DNA from: the human T2T-CHM13v2.0 reference genome, Homo sapiens
Assembly (NCBI RefSeq): GCF_009914755.1
Contig: NC_060944.1
Reading direction: 5' to 3' (one strand)
Length of the DNA stretch: 64,000 nt
Positions 36,584 to 57,966 of this stretch are shown piece by piece. The notes under the pieces are model-generated. The model did not search any database. It was not told the origin of the DNA and saw nothing but the letters and a program-made list of their open reading frames with translations. How positions within the stretch are numbered: the stretch's first letter is position 1; every line of letters begins with the position of its first letter. Made by a program: the position numbers and the translations under genes.

Positions 36584-37178
36584 GGTATCAGTTTTCTATT
36601 GTTGCTGCAACAAATTATCACAAACTTTGACCTGAAATAACACCGTTGTATTATTTCACAGTTCTGTAGGTCTGAAGTCCAACACACGTTTTGCTGGACT
36701 AAAAGCAAGGTGTTTGCAGTGCGTTGTTCCTAACTGGATGCTCTGGGGAAGGAACCTGATATCATGCGCATTCATGGTGTTGACCGAATCTGGTTCTTTG
36801 TGGTTACAGGACTGAGGTCCCCGGTTCCTTCCTGGCTGTCATCTGTGACCATCTTTAACTAATGGAAGCCTCTGTCCAGCCCCTGCAAGTAGCCCCTCTG
36901 CATCTCTGAGCTAGCTAGAGTATCAAAGCCTTCTGCTTGGAATCTCTCTGACTACTGCCACTTTGCCCTGCCTCCAGGTGCAGAAAGTTCTCTCTAATTA
37001 AGGACTCATGATTGGGCCAACCCAGATAACCCAGGGTAATCTCTCTATTTTAAGATCATTGATTAGTATATTCAATTATATCTGCAAAGCTCGTTTTGCC
37101 ACGTGGCATCACATATTCACAGGTCCCAGAGATTAGGAGGTGAATGTCCTTTTTGGGGGACATTATTCTGGCATAAAA
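36584..37178 (-). mobile_element. MLT1(E/D-like) solo LTR inserted into a minus-strand MIR (~36520-36583 and 37179-37330)
   Basis: tatcagttttctattgttgctgcaacaaattatcacaaact...ggggacattattctg; MIR core resumes at gtaatatcattatctccattttgcaaaaagaagg. Confidence 0.8.
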
Positions 37179-37829
37179 GGTGGGTAATATCATTATCTCC
37201 ATTTTGCAAAAAGAAGGCACTAGTTAAGGTGGTTAAGTAACCCGACAGAGGTAACACAACTAGTAAATGGCAGAGTCAGAATTCAAATGCTGTCTTGACT
37301 CAAGAAGTCAATCTTTCAAATACTATACTGTATTGTTTCCAAGTGACTAATTGGTAATGTAGGTGGAAGTTATTATAAGCACCTTCTCCCTCCTGCCTCC
37401 AAATGCATTCCTTAATGTGCAAGTCATTTCATACTGAGCTGGAAATTATTTGTCAGAAAGTATGCATGGAAGAATTAATACTGTGGAGATACTCAGGAGC
37501 AATATCAAATAGCCCTTTAATAGCTTTTCATCCAGTTAAATTGATCAAATTGTACTGGAGACGCATGGAAATTCTCAAAAATGCTTCCTCGACCTCCTGT
37601 AGTAGATTTCATTATGGTTTCCAATTGGTTCCTCTTTCCTGTTATGGAATTCCATTTCCCTACATTTACTATGACTTAATGATAGATTATGTATATTTCC
37701 ATGCTCTTTAACACTGGGCTTGCCTGAATAACTTGCTTTGATTATGGAGATATTAAGGTTAATAGTACTAACCAAGCTGTAAATGTATTTGAATAGTTTG
37801 TGTTTTTCTCTTGTGTTCCCATGATCTCC

Positions 37830-38065
37830 CATGAAAAGGACATTCAGTGGGCAGCTGCTAGACCCTGAATATTGAAGGCATGCAGAGTAGAACTAAACCC
37901 AACCCACAGCCTAGAGCCCAGCCCAACCCAGCCCAAGCAAATGAGCCAAACCCCACAGACCTGAAATCTATGAATGAGAAAAGTAAGCCCTTGTTTTTGT
38001 CAGACACTGAAAATTTCAGAGTTTTCTTTCAATAGTGTAGCAATATTGTGGAAAAAACAAATTCA
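37830..38065 (+). mobile_element. MLT1(I/J/K-like) LTR 3' part
   Basis: ccaacccacagcctagagcccagcccaacc...cacagacctg...gagaaaagtaagcccttgtttttgtcagacactga...gcaatattgtgg. Confidence 0.55.
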
Positions 38066-39699
38066 CCTTCCCTGAAGGATCAGCTTTCACTAATAATTTC
38101 AATGGTTTAAAAAGCCATATGCTTGGAAGGGAACCAACCCTGTTACCCTATTCATATCTCATAGTTGTCCAGGGGCCTTTCCCTCATAAAGCATTATCCA
38201 TAGGGGATATGTTTTTTATCTCTTAGTGACTAAACAACATCATCAAATTTTGGAGGAGTCAATGAAGTAAGACAGGAAGAGAAGCAGTAATATTGGACCC
38301 ATGTCAGAGAGAAAACTTCTAAAAATATTTTCTAAGACATAAATTTGAATCACAATCTGCCATTTACTTTGTAATGTTGACTATGTGAGTTAAATTGTCC
38401 AGCGTGGAAAATGTGAATACCTCCCTCATTTGATTATTATAAACAGGAAATGATAAAATGCATCAAAGGCCTGCAGCACAATGTCTAGTATATAGTAAGA
38501 GCTCAATAAATGCTAGCTACTAAACACTGACAGTAAGGAAAAGATGTTTGCATTTGTTCATTCATTCATTATTTCAGCCTCTGCAAAGATATCACAGATG
38601 CTTGCTTCCTTCCTTCCTGCCTGCCTGCCTGCCTTTCCATCTCCTCTTTCCCTCCTTTCCTCCCTTCTTCCTTTTCTTCCTTCCTTCTTTACTTCTTCAT
38701 TTCTTCAACGTCTAGGCACTGGAAATTTAAAATGTTTGAGAGGCACAGAGCTAAGCCATAGTTAGATAAGTGGACTAATGAACAACTGCAATTTTCACTT
38801 TAAAAAGGAAGAATAATGGTTGGCTGGGCCTGGTGGTTCATGTCTATAATCCCAGCACTTTTGGAGGCTGAGGAGGGTGGATCATCTGAGGTCTGGAGTT
38901 TAAGATTAGCCTGACCAACATGGCAAAACCCCGTCTCTATTAAAAATACAAAATTAGCCGGGTATGGTGGCACATGCCTGTAATCCCAGCTACTTGTGAG
39001 GCTGAGGCAGAAGAATCGCTTGGATCTGAGAGACAGAGGTTGTACTAAGCCGAGATTGCCCCATTGCGCTCCAGCCTGGGAAACAAGAGGGAAACTCCAT
39101 CTCAAAAAATAAAAATAAACAATAAAATAAAAGGAGGAATAATGGGACATGACTTACATGTTTTTACTGATGAGAATAAACTTTGCATTTAGTTAAATTT
39201 TAATATGCAGCTTTCATCTCAGTGAAGATATGTATTCAGGTTATTAAACAATGGCCATCATCATATGGTAGACTTCTAGAAGGGGAGCCAATAGTTATGA
39301 TTTCTTTGTGGCTAACAGTTCTTACAATCTAGGTACTCCAAAGAGTCCAATATTATGAAAAACATGGGTCCAATAATCATAACTGAGCTTGGGTCCAATA
39401 TTACTGCTTCTTTTCCTGTCTTCCTTCATTGACTCCTCCAGAACTTTGCTATGTTATTTAGTGACCAAGAGATAAAAACCATCCCTAGAGATAATTCTCT
39501 GTTAGAGAAAGACCTCTGGACAACTATGAGATATGAGTAGTGTAACAGGGTTGGTTTCCTTCAAAGCACAGGGCTTTTTAAACCATTGAAATTATTAGTG
39601 AAACTGATCCTTCAGGGAGGGTGAATTTGTTTTTTCCACAATATTGCTACACTATGAAAAAAATCCTGAAATTTTCAGTGGCTGACAAAAACTGGGCTT
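37985..39699. repeat. Inverted repeat pair: arm 1 37985-38301, arm 2 39390-39699
   Basis: For example gtgtagcaatattgtggaaaaaacaaattcacc (arm 1) and ggtgaatttgttttttccacaatattgctacac (arm 2) are exact reverse complements; colinear over ~315 bp. Confidence 0.95.
38822..39128 (+). mobile_element. AluSp/Sq-like
   Basis: agcctgaccaacatgg, aacaagagggaaactccatctc; TSD aaaaggaagaataatgg/aaaaggaggaataatgg. Confidence 0.95.
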
Positions 39700-40539
39700 T
39701 AGGGATCCATGACTTCTGATTTTGTATCAGATTTTACTTATGTGTACAAATGTTGTCTGAGAAGAATATCCACAGGTTTTATCAAGTTTTTCATAATCTT
39801 AATCTAATTTTTAAACTTCAGATGATATTCTTAATATTTAACAAGATATTAAGAATTGCTGCTCTTCTACAAGCCACTTAACCTTATGTGTGTCATATCT
39901 GTATAATGAGGTTATTATTCTTTAACTCAGAAAATTATGAGAAAATTATGAGATGAAAAAATGTGTAAAATTTGAACTATACAAAGAAAGGTCTCATGAG
40001 ATCCCTGCTTTTCCATATCATGACCAGGAAGTCTAAATTTAATTGTATGTCAGTCTCTACTTCTACTAGTTAAGTGTTGATAAGTTTTCAACGCAGAACA
40101 TTCGGAGCTCAGCAAGCCTGTGGTTTCCAGTGCTTGAAATGTTCAATAATCACAGTGTGATTTGATTTCTCTCCACTGGGTCTCTTTAAAGTTAGAAAGG
40201 TAAACATCCTAGGCTACTTTTTATCTCAGCTTAAACCTAATGGAGCTAGAGCCATCTCATTTTCATGAGACATTGGTGGCACAGTGATAGTAAGTTTCTT
40301 CCTAGCAACTCAATTATTTCTAATGATTTACACAAGATAATCACCGTTGATAAATATCCAAATTCTTAGAATGAGGAACTATCTCTTTCTATGTCCAGTT
40401 TTATATCTTCCATTGGTTGAAGCTTTTGCTGGTGATCAGATGTCAGAGATGTGGAATTGTCAACGAGAATGGGAGGAGAAGAGACGAACAGGGAGTAAAG
40501 ATGTAAACATCATGCATCCTTGAGTGCATGAAAGCAGAA

Positions 40540-41054
40540 ATAATCTGATTGTGTTGTCCAGGACTCTGGCTTAAAGTAAAAGAAACTAAATTCATCATGA
40601 CTAACAGTCCAATGTGTTTTATGCTTCAGGGATGGCTGGTTCCAGAGGATTTTAGGATTTTTAGATAATGTGTTTCCCTTGCTGTCTCTTAACTTAGCCA
40701 CTCTATTTTTTGGCCTCCTGCATCGCCCAGCTCTCTCCACATGGTGGCTTCCTGCAGTGACAGATTTGTATTATTTTACAGTTCATAATGCCAACAGAAA
40801 GTGAGTTCTCTTTTTGATTATTTTATCTGAAGTCCTAGAATTAAGTCTCATTGGCCTATCTGGAGTGTTAAACACATAAAATACCCAATTAATATGCTCA
40901 AGTCATGGAACCCTTTGATGAATCAAATGTATTTCATGTACCCACAGCCAGAGCTAGAGCATAATAAGGTTAACTCACAGGACTTACATGGTACCCCACA
41001 GGAAAATCAAGTCTCAAACAAATGGGACAGCCAAGAACAAGAACTGTCTACTGC
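40540..41054 (-). mobile_element. Old MLT1(J/K-like) LTR
   Basis: gcttcagggatggctggttccag, ctctctccacatggtggc, tctcattggcc, terminal tgtctactgca. Confidence 0.45.
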
Positions 41055-41794
41055 ATTGTGCTTAAAAACTAGCCTATAAAAATCATGTTGAGTTTTTATT
41101 GAATCATCAAATATTAAAAATCATAGGGACTTTGAATCTTCTATTTCAAACTTCTCTTTTTATAGATGTAAATTCTGAAACAGGAACGACTTCAGAGGCC
41201 AGTCTAGAGTCAGACAGCAAGTGATAGTGCCAGAAAAGGAAACTGGGACTCCAAGCTCTTATGCTCCATTGTCTGGGGAAAATGTTTACATTCGTAGATA
41301 AAGACACAGCTATTATATTTATCATGGAGCAAATTTTCCTCTTATTGCTTTTTTCTGTCCTCCTTTCATTCAGTACATATTTATTGGAGAGCTACTGTAT
41401 CATCCAAGGCTTTCACCCCTAACTCTTTATTGAGTCCTTGCACTGTACTTAGCCTTGATTCAACATATATTTGATAAGCAGCCTATATGCTAAATATGTA
41501 GCTGGGATTGGAAATAAAATTAAGGATAACATATTCTAGATGAGAAGCAAAACAATCAATTAAAAATATAAATTATGGCAAGGGCTTTGAGGCAAATGAC
41601 ACGTAAGATGTAATTTGGAAAAGATAGAGATGTTAAAAAATTAACCTGAAAGATAGGGAGAAATTAGCTATACAGCACGCTAGGAGGAAGTGTATTTTAG
41701 GGGAAAGGATTCTCAGAAGGGCTGTGGCTAGAAGTTCAAAAAACACATTTGGTAAGAGCTTAGAGAAGGAGTTAAGAAAGTTTATAAATGTTCA

Positions 41795-41945
41795 TGGCCT
41801 TGTAAGCCATATGGTATCTGCTATCCAACCCTACTGTTGAAGCATGAAAACAGCCATATGCGATGTGTAAACAAATAAGTATGACTGTGCTACAATAAAA
41901 CTTTATTTATAAAACCAGGTGGCAGACAGAATTTGCTGACCCCTG
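41795..41945. mobile_element. MER58A-like DNA transposon within an L2 remnant
   Basis: gcatgaaaacagccatatg...tgactgtgctacaataaaactttattt...tttgctgacccctg. Confidence 0.75.
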
Positions 41946-42058
41946 GCATAGAGATTGAGAGGGAGAAGCAGGAGATGACATTGGAAGATAGGAAAGAATT
42001 TTGAAGGCAAGAGGACCACTGTGGCTTTAGGTCTTGAAGGATCTAAGTTTTTGCCTAA

Positions 42059-42366
<308 letters not shown>

Positions 42367-43951
42367 AAGAATATTATGATTTTAAGAGTGGTTCTTTTTT
42401 CATGTTGTTCTTCTTTTAAAATTTATCATAAACATTTAAATAGCAGGTCATGTTAGAGGTCGTCTCCGTGGTATGGTTTGGGGATGACAAAACATGCCCC
42501 CTCTTTGGCTCCAGTCATATTTTCTATACACCTTCTTTGTGCGAGGTTCTCTCACTTGGCTTTACGTTCCATTATTCCTTTCGGCTGAAAAATACAAATG
42601 GAGAATTATGGACAAATAAGATGACAGCAATAACAAAAATTAATCCTGAAAATATATGACTGCTCTCAGGGTATGAGATTGGTGACTAGGGAACAGCTCC
42701 AAGCATGTCCCTTCCTTAGGATTTCTCTGAAGTGAAATGTTAAATAAATGTGAGACAATCTTCTATTTTTCCATAGAGAAGGTTTCATTTAATTTGCATT
42801 TCAGTGGTATGGTGGTATTTTTCTGACCATGATGGTAGCATATTGGTGAGAGAAATCAAATACATCATTTTTTTTTTGAAATTCAGATTGTGAAACAGAA
42901 TAATATTCATGTTTACTAATGGAATAGAGGAAGGATAAAAATCAAAGGACCAGAAGAAACTTTGATGCACTGTAATCAAAAAAGAAAGTGGATTTAAAAC
43001 AATTAAGGACACGTAGTTCATTGAGGAGACTTCCCACAGGAAACAAATTGCTGGCCCACAGTGCCAAGATTCTTCAATCATGTCAGAATACATCTTGATT
43101 ATCAGTAGCTGAGGTTGATTGGTACACTTTGCTACACTTTGCTACTCTCCTGTTTAGCAGTTTTAGGAGAAAATGAAAGCAGTATCAAGGTAAAAACCTA
43201 GCACATTCATCAGTCGAAATTTGCTCATCAAAAGCATTGGTTGTTCTAATGATATTGTTGACACTGATATGCGTGTCAAAAAGGAGTATCCTCCTCTGAC
43301 GCAGGGAAGTTGAGGGCTTTGTTGAGAAAGTTTAAGCAGGGAGACGTGGTGGAGTTTCGACTGTTTGGTCCATCCCTATCGCTGTCATTTTAAAGGACTT
43401 TCAGTTCTGTCTGTTCAACCATGTTCTGTAAAGTTCAAGAGGAATTTAATTTCGGTTTTCTCTCAAGCCTAAAATGTATGATTATAATTCATCATGAAAT
43501 ACCAATGGATATTTGATTAACAGGAAATTGAACTCATATTGTTTTTGGTTGTATGGGTTTTCAAGTATTCTGCACCTTAGTAATATTTTATTTACTAATA
43601 TTTTAAAGTAACTTTCCCCCCATCATATAAGAGTAATACATGTTTATTGATTTGGAGAATAAAATGGAATGATAAAATAAGTATAAAGCAGTGCATAGCC
43701 TTTTCCTTAGTCAAATATTGTATCATTTGATGTAGATTCTTCTAGCTTTTCTTTCCTTTTATGTGTATGTGCTTTTATAAATATGTATGTGTACAAATTT
43801 TTCTCATTTGCATAAATGTAGACTATGTTATACACACACTTTTATGAATTGTATTAGAAACTATCTTTCATTAACATTTCATAACATTTTTCTTTCTCAA
43901 TAGTGGTAGTATCTGGTTGAGAGATAAAACAACATCTCTTTCATTAGAATT

Positions 43952-50487
<6,536 letters not shown>

Positions 50488-51226
50488 CATTATTAGAATT
50501 TTTTATTCTGTTCAGTGTTTTGCTATTTTAAAGCACTTCAATAAACATAGTACATGGTATTGTTTTCTATTGATATTATGTTAATTAAACCCAAAATGGT
50601 ATCTCTCCTTAAATCTTTAAGAAAAAAAATAAATGTAAGCTTAAGAATTTTTTTAAAGGAAAATACTTAGTTGATTTTAAAGGCTGTTTATAAATGAGAA
50701 AAAAAGAGAACAAAAGAAAGTTCAGTAAATAAATACAAAGTTACCGTTTTTTCTTGGTTATAGTAATTCCTCAATTTAGGTACAGTTCCTCTTATAAAAT
50801 TTTGTTTAAATATTCCTGCTTTTCCTCAACACTTGGGAAGAAAGAGTTACTCATCACTAAAGCTAAGTTGTTGGCATATTTTGAAAGCTGGTTAAGGGCT
50901 TCATTTGTGGAAGAAACTACACCTTTTGGTATATTTGGGGAAGGAAAATGGAAAGTGTATGCTGTAGAATGTTAGGAATCATGAGTTATCAGATTGAGTA
51001 AGTTTCCATTTATTTTTATTTTTCTGAGAGCTTTTATCATAAAGAAGTATTAAATTTTGTGAAATTCTTTCTTGCATTGATTAATATAATTACATGGTTT
51101 TTCTTCTTTAGCCTGTTAATGTGGTAAATTGTATTTATTGGTTTTTGAATATTAAACTAGACTTGCATCCTTGAAATAAACCCCACTTTGTCACGGTATG
51201 GTATATATTATAAATAGTGTATATTA

Positions 51227-51228
<2 letters not shown>

Positions 51229-51261
<33 letters not shown>
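51229..51261. repeat. (GT)n microsatellite
   Basis: Direct reading. Confidence 0.95.
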
Positions 51262-51264
<3 letters not shown>

Positions 51265-53024
51265 CGTATCCTTAAAAGGACATAGACATCTAACTGTTTT
51301 ATTTACAAAATGTAAAAATATAACTTGGGCAGAGGGAATTGAAAGCAGAAGTTGAAGAACTTCAAAACCTTGCTTCCTACCCTTTGCTAGGAATATCTTC
51401 TGGCCAGTGTGACTTTGACTAGCCTGCCAACGTATAGCACTGTTGATGTATTCATCTACTATATATGTGTATGATTGTGAATCCCAATATCTATCCATCA
51501 TAACATTCTCTGTTGAGTAGCAGATCTTTGACATTCACCAGTAATAGTCCCCAAAGCCATTTCTCATTTTTCAAATCCATAAATACTGAAGTGATTGTTG
51601 AATTTCTTATATTCCAGAATTTTCTGTGCACTAAGTATCATGTTTTTCCATGACATGCCACCATTTCACAAATTAATCACCATTTAATCTTTTAGTACAA
51701 TTTTAAGTCTTACTTGATCATTTTTACAATTTTTTTAATAATTGTGAATATTGATCTAAAACACTTGATGTAAATATAACCTAGAAAAAAAAATGACAAA
51801 ACCCCAATGTGATACTGAGCCGGGTTGGAGGATGTCTTTATTTGAGAAGTAGGATCCCGTCCTCTGGCCTCATCTTTACCTAGACATGAATTTATATTTG
51901 GGTAAAATTACGAAGTACTGGGGCATGCCTATTTATCATATCAGCTTATTTATGAATGATTGAAATAGAAAACATGGTAAACTCAGCTATCTAATGTATA
52001 CTAAATATAATTAGAAAAAGCACTTCATTCTTTAATCACTCTATAACTTAGTGTTTTGTCTACTAAATTACTCCGGAAAAAAATCTGAAAGCAAAAGTGG
52101 AAATTTGTATTTAAATTCTTTGTTTCCCAGGGCTTTTGTATACCAAGAGATGCTCATGGTATTTTATTGAATAGGAAAAGGGCAAACTACTACAATCTTA
52201 GAGATAACCAATTTCTTTTGCACAAAAATGGTACTGAATTTAAAAATATTTATGGTTTATGAAGCATTTTCATTGCAATTAATAACTACCTGTTAGAAGC
52301 CTTGGAACTTAATTAAATGTCCTGAATTATAACTGTCTTCACTAGCCATAAACATACTTTTCTCTGAGATCAGTGGCTATTTCTCTGCCATATTTTATCT
52401 TGTAAATTTGAATGCACATTTTTTGTAAATCAGAGTAACAGTATTTATATGGCATTTGCCACACTTCAATTGCTGGACATTGCCTATGCTGTGGGCAGTA
52501 CAGATATATGTGAAACTGAGTGTTTTAAGGCAGTCTAAAAAAATGCCAGATAATCTGTGCATTGTTAGATGTTACCATCACACACCATTTACTTGAGATT
52601 TGGAGGAAATCCTTTGCACAGTTAATGTCTTTCCTATACCATTGAGCCATTTCAGTTAACCCACTGCCAACGGTTTTTTATTTGAGAACACACTGATTGT
52701 TCTGGGAAATTCCCATTGACTTTAATGTTACTTTAAAAGCTGCCCCTTAGGTATAGCCTGGAAAATTTAAGGACTCTGTTCTCTGCCAGAGCAATATTTC
52801 TTCAGGATAAAATCGAAATCTGGTTTGATACTGAGAAGGACATTTCAGTTTAATGCCTGTGGAAATTCAATGGATGCATATCTAACAGAATCTGCCATTT
52901 ATTTTCAGATCAGATAGAGAAATGGCATGGTGTTGCCACTCAAGGTTGGCAGAGACTGAATGTTGATGTGTGAGTCATGCCATATTTAAAATAAGTTGGA
53001 AAATGTAAATAAATGAACCATTAA

Positions 53025-53328
53025 GCTCTGACCTCTGGGCCAAATCCAGCTTACCACCTGTTTTTGCTGGTGAGTGAAGAGTAGTTTTTTTAATATTTTT
53101 AATACATGAAAAAAGTTTTAAATAATATTACTGGAATAAAAATTATATTCAAAATTATGATATTCAAATTTCAGAGTCTACAAATAAAGGTTTATTGTAG
53201 CACGGCAGTCTATGGCTGCTTTTGTGTTATAATAGCAGAATTGCATAGGGGCAAGAGAGGCCACATGACCCACAAATCATAAAATAGTTACTATCTGACC
53301 CTTTAGGGAAAAAGTTTTGGAACCACTG
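53025..53328. mobile_element. MER58-like DNA transposon
   Basis: gggccaaatccagcttaccacctgttttt...aataaaggtttattg...gtctatggctgcttttgtg...ttactatctgaccctttagggaaaaagttt. Confidence 0.75.
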
Positions 53329-54199
53329 ATATGTATCACAAAAATATGTATTCATGCTGTTTCCATCATATAAACAATTTCATATAACAATTGTAAATTT
53401 TTTTACAATTAGCTGCTATTTTGTATGTGAATAGCTATACGTTTTAAAACTAATTTTGATAACAGAGATACATTTAATTGCTTCTTTATATTTTCAGCAT
53501 GTTAGAACACTTTAATAAATATAAATTTTCTTTTTACCATGAGATAAAATGTTTACTTAAATGTTTTCTATCAGCAAATTGATACATTTTTACATTATAG
53601 AAAGTTATGGTCAAACAAGAAAAATAAAGTTATTCACAGTCTTACAACTAAGAAGTAACACTTTCTACATACACACAAATAAACACACCTAGTGCCTCGA
53701 AAGGAATAAAGACATGTATAATTTCTTTAAATAAAAAGTAGAATAACTTACATACTATTTTGTAATCTGTTTCTCTCCTTTAAAGTTATTTTTAAAATAT
53801 TTGTTTAGAAAACTCAAAGTATACAAAATAAGAAGCTACATTTGTATGGCCAACAGTCAGAGATAAGTAATGTTACCATTTTAGTTTAATATTTTATCCT
53901 ATTCATGAGTTATCTTTTCATTATAAATGCACATTTTTACATGTCTGTTTTCACAAGTATGCAGTCTGGTTGTACACGCTATTTGTTAGCTTTTTCATTT
54001 AACACTTCATTATCAGCATCTTTCATAAAAGAACATAAAACTTTCAATGCCATTTTAATGTTTGAAAGTGAACATAATTTTTTTTTATCTTTTAAGGCAT
54101 GATCATGATTTCAAAATGGAAACAACCTAAATGTTTCACAGTATCTACTGTGACATCCATATAATGAAACAGAATGTAGTAAATAATAAAACTCTTCAG

Positions 54200-54590
54200 A
54201 GATGAATATCGCTTGCCATGTCACTGAAAGGCTTATGCAATTCTGCTCCCATGCTTGCTGGCATGCTTTTCATTGACTCTTTCAACTATTGACTTCTTCT
54301 TATCATTCAGCTTTCAACTCAAACTTTATCTCCTCTGAGAGACCATCCCTGGCCACCTGACCCAGGACCTCCACCTCCAATAACCTCTCTATCTTGTAGT
54401 CTTATTTCATTGCAAACTGATCTTCTTTATTTATTGATGTCATATGCTCTGTCCTCCTTTATCAGAGTATAATCATCTCCAGGGCAAGAAGCTGTCTTGT
54501 CTACTATTCTTCAGTATCTGGAATAATGCCTGACATATACTAGGTTCTCAAATTTTTTTTAGTAAATCAATAGAATAAATGTATGAATAA
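54200..54590 (+). mobile_element. L2 3' fragment
   Basis: tcctctgagagaccatccctggccacc...gggcaagaagctgtc...tgcctgacatatactaggttctcaa...aataaatgtatgaata. Confidence 0.7.
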
Positions 54591-55119
54591 ACATATTCTT
54601 CAGTTTAAAAGGGTTATAAAATGGTTTGAATAGTATGCTACCACTAATGTGATATATACATATACATGTGTGAATATGTGTGTTATGCAGAGAACATGGA
54701 TGGCTAGATAGATAGATACCTAAATAGATAGAAAGACAAAAGGGAAGATAAAGAGTCATCTAACCACAGTGCTACTTTGCCTGATAGCCTGGAATAAAAT
54801 GCACTTAATGTTAATAGCGATTTCCCTTAGTTGGTAGGATTTTACAGGACATCTTTTTGATTTACAATATTTTAAAATTTTTCCTCTACATATATGAAAA
54901 GCGCTGGGAAACAGTGATAAAGCTGAGCAATGTTGATTTTATACTGATTTTTTAAAGAGAGAGTTTTGGGAGCTTAGTTATCTCTGTGGTCACCATCAGA
55001 AAATAATACATGCTTGACAAATTCAGCCTTCTTTAGGAAGTAATTTTTAAACTTAATTTGTTGAAGCATCACTATGTTACAGAGGTTACTGTTATAGGTT
55101 CAATTTCTTTGTGGTCCAG

Positions 55120-56764
55120 TTTTTTTCTTTTGTTTTTAGTTTCCGTGTAATAATTCTACATATATGCAGAATACACAATGATATTTTGTTAGGTGTATAC
55201 AATGTGTAATGTTCCAATCAATATCATTAGCACATTCACCACCTCCAATGTTCATCATTTCTTTGTGTTGTGAACATAGAAAATCCTCTCCTCTAGCTTT
55301 TTGAAAAATAGAGTAAATTATAGTTAACCACATTCACCCTACAGTGCTGCAGAATACGGGGACTCATTCCTGCCATCAGGCTGTAATTTTGTATCCCTTT
55401 ACCAACCTGTCTCCATCCTCTCTTCCCACTACCCTTCCCAGTCTCTAATACCTACAGTCCTACTCTCTACTTCCATGAGCTCAACGTTTTTTTAGCTTCC
55501 ACACGTGAGTGAGAATATGGGATATTTATCTTTCTGTACCTGACTTATTTTGTTTAACATACTGTCCTTTAGGCTTATCCAGGTTTCTGGGAATGGCAGT
55601 ATTTCTTTCCTTTTTGGCTGAATAATGTTCCATTTTGCATGTATTTCACATTTTCTTTACCCATTTGTCTGTAGATAGACATTCAGCTTGATTCCATATC
55701 TTGGCTATTGTGAATAGTGCTGCAATAAACATGGGGGTGTAGGTATCATTTAAATATATATATATATTTTTTTCTTTTGGATACCTACTCATTGGTGGGA
55801 TTACTGGACTATGGTAATTATATTTTTAACTTTTGGAGAAACATTCACACTGTTTTTCATAATGGCTATACTAATTTACATTTTCACCAACAGTTGAGTT
55901 CTCTATTCTCTGCCTCCTCACCAGCACTGGTTATTTTTTGTCTTTTTGATAATAGCTGTTTTAACTGATTAAGATAATATCTCACTGTGGTTTTGATTTA
56001 TATTTCCATGATGATTAGTGATGTTAAGTATTTCTTCATATATTATGGCTACTTTTATGTCTTCCTTTGAAACATATTTATTCAAATAATTTGCCAACTT
56101 TTTAATGGATTATTTTGGTTTTTTGCTTTGAGTTGGGTTCTTTATGTATTCTGAATATTGGTCTCTTGTTCAGTTAAATAGTTTGTAAATATTTTCCCCC
56201 ATTCAACAGGTTCTCATCACTCTGTTAATTATTTTCTTTGCTGTGCAGAAGTTTTTCATTTGTCTGTTTTTGTTTTTGTGGCCTTTACTTCTGAGGTCTT
56301 GCCATAAAATCTTTGCTGAGACCAGTGTCCTGAAGCATTTCCTCTGTTGTAATAGGTTTAGAGTTTTCGTTCTTACTTTTAAGCATTTATTTTCAGTTTA
56401 TTTCTGTATCCGATGAGAGGGATCTAGTTTTATTCTTCTGTGTATGGATATTCAGTTTTCCCAGCACCATTTATTGAAGACAGTGTCCTTTTCCCAAGCA
56501 TGCTCTTAGCACCTTTGTCAGAAATCAGTTGGCTGAAAATACGTGGATTCATTTCTGGGTTCTCTGTTCTGTTACATTGGTCTATGTATCTGTTTTTATA
56601 CCAATATTATGCTGTTTTGTTTACCATAGCTTTGTAGTATATTTTGGAGACAGGTAGTGTAATGCCTCTAGTTTTTTTCTTTCTGTTCTGTATTGCTTTG
56701 GCTATTTGGGGTCTTTTGTGGTTCCTTAAAAATTTTAGGATTGTTTTTCTCTATTTCTGTGAAG
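55120..56764 (-). mobile_element. 5'-truncated L1MA (3' UTR plus ORF2 end)
   Basis: Antisense L1MA 3' UTR (tgtatacaatgtgtaatgttccaatc) and ORF2 motifs (ttcccagcaccatttattgaaga, gctatttggggtcttttgtggttcc). Confidence 0.88.
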
Positions 56765-57204
56765 GACCCTCTTTCTTTAAAAAGGCCTAGCACTTTATTA
56801 TGTCTGACAATACCATAGTACAATAGAGACACATGGCCTCTACCTTAATTTGTGAAGGAATATAAAATGGGTGTATGATAAAAAATAACTGGGTAATGAA
56901 CACAATTTATGATGCTTGGAGAAAACATCTCTCAGAAAATAGGATTTAAGTTGAGAGTTGAGAGAGGAAAAGAAATCAGCAAAGCTAAGAGAAATTCAGG
57001 TAGAGAAAAATAATTTTCTGAGAAAGGAAAGAACCAGTGTGTTTGAAAAACAGAGAACAGAGTGAAAATCAGGTGTGGCAGGACTTTGGCAAATGACAGA
57101 AGAGTCATTAAACATGAGGTGGGAGACTCCAGACACTCCAAAACCACAGTGAAGACTGAATCATACTCTCTCTCAGTGCAGTGGGATGCACGTGCTTGTT
57201 GTAG

Positions 57205-57916
<712 letters not shown>

Positions 57917-57965
<49 letters not shown>
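57917..57965. repeat. (CA)n microsatellite occupying the retrocopy tail
   Basis: Direct reading; lies between the RPL12 3' UTR and the downstream TSD. Confidence 0.95.

Positions 57966-57966
<1 letters not shown>

Noticed and set aside
39827-39856. 11-bp AT-rich stem-loop (a similar one at ~32740-32762) and short tandem duplications (3141, 20668, 43122)
   Set aside because: Short and AT-rich; expected by chance or slippage in 64 kb
51208-51534. 108-aa minus-strand ORF
   Set aside because: Runs into a (CA)n tract, no recognisable domain; more likely chance or an ancient repeat relic
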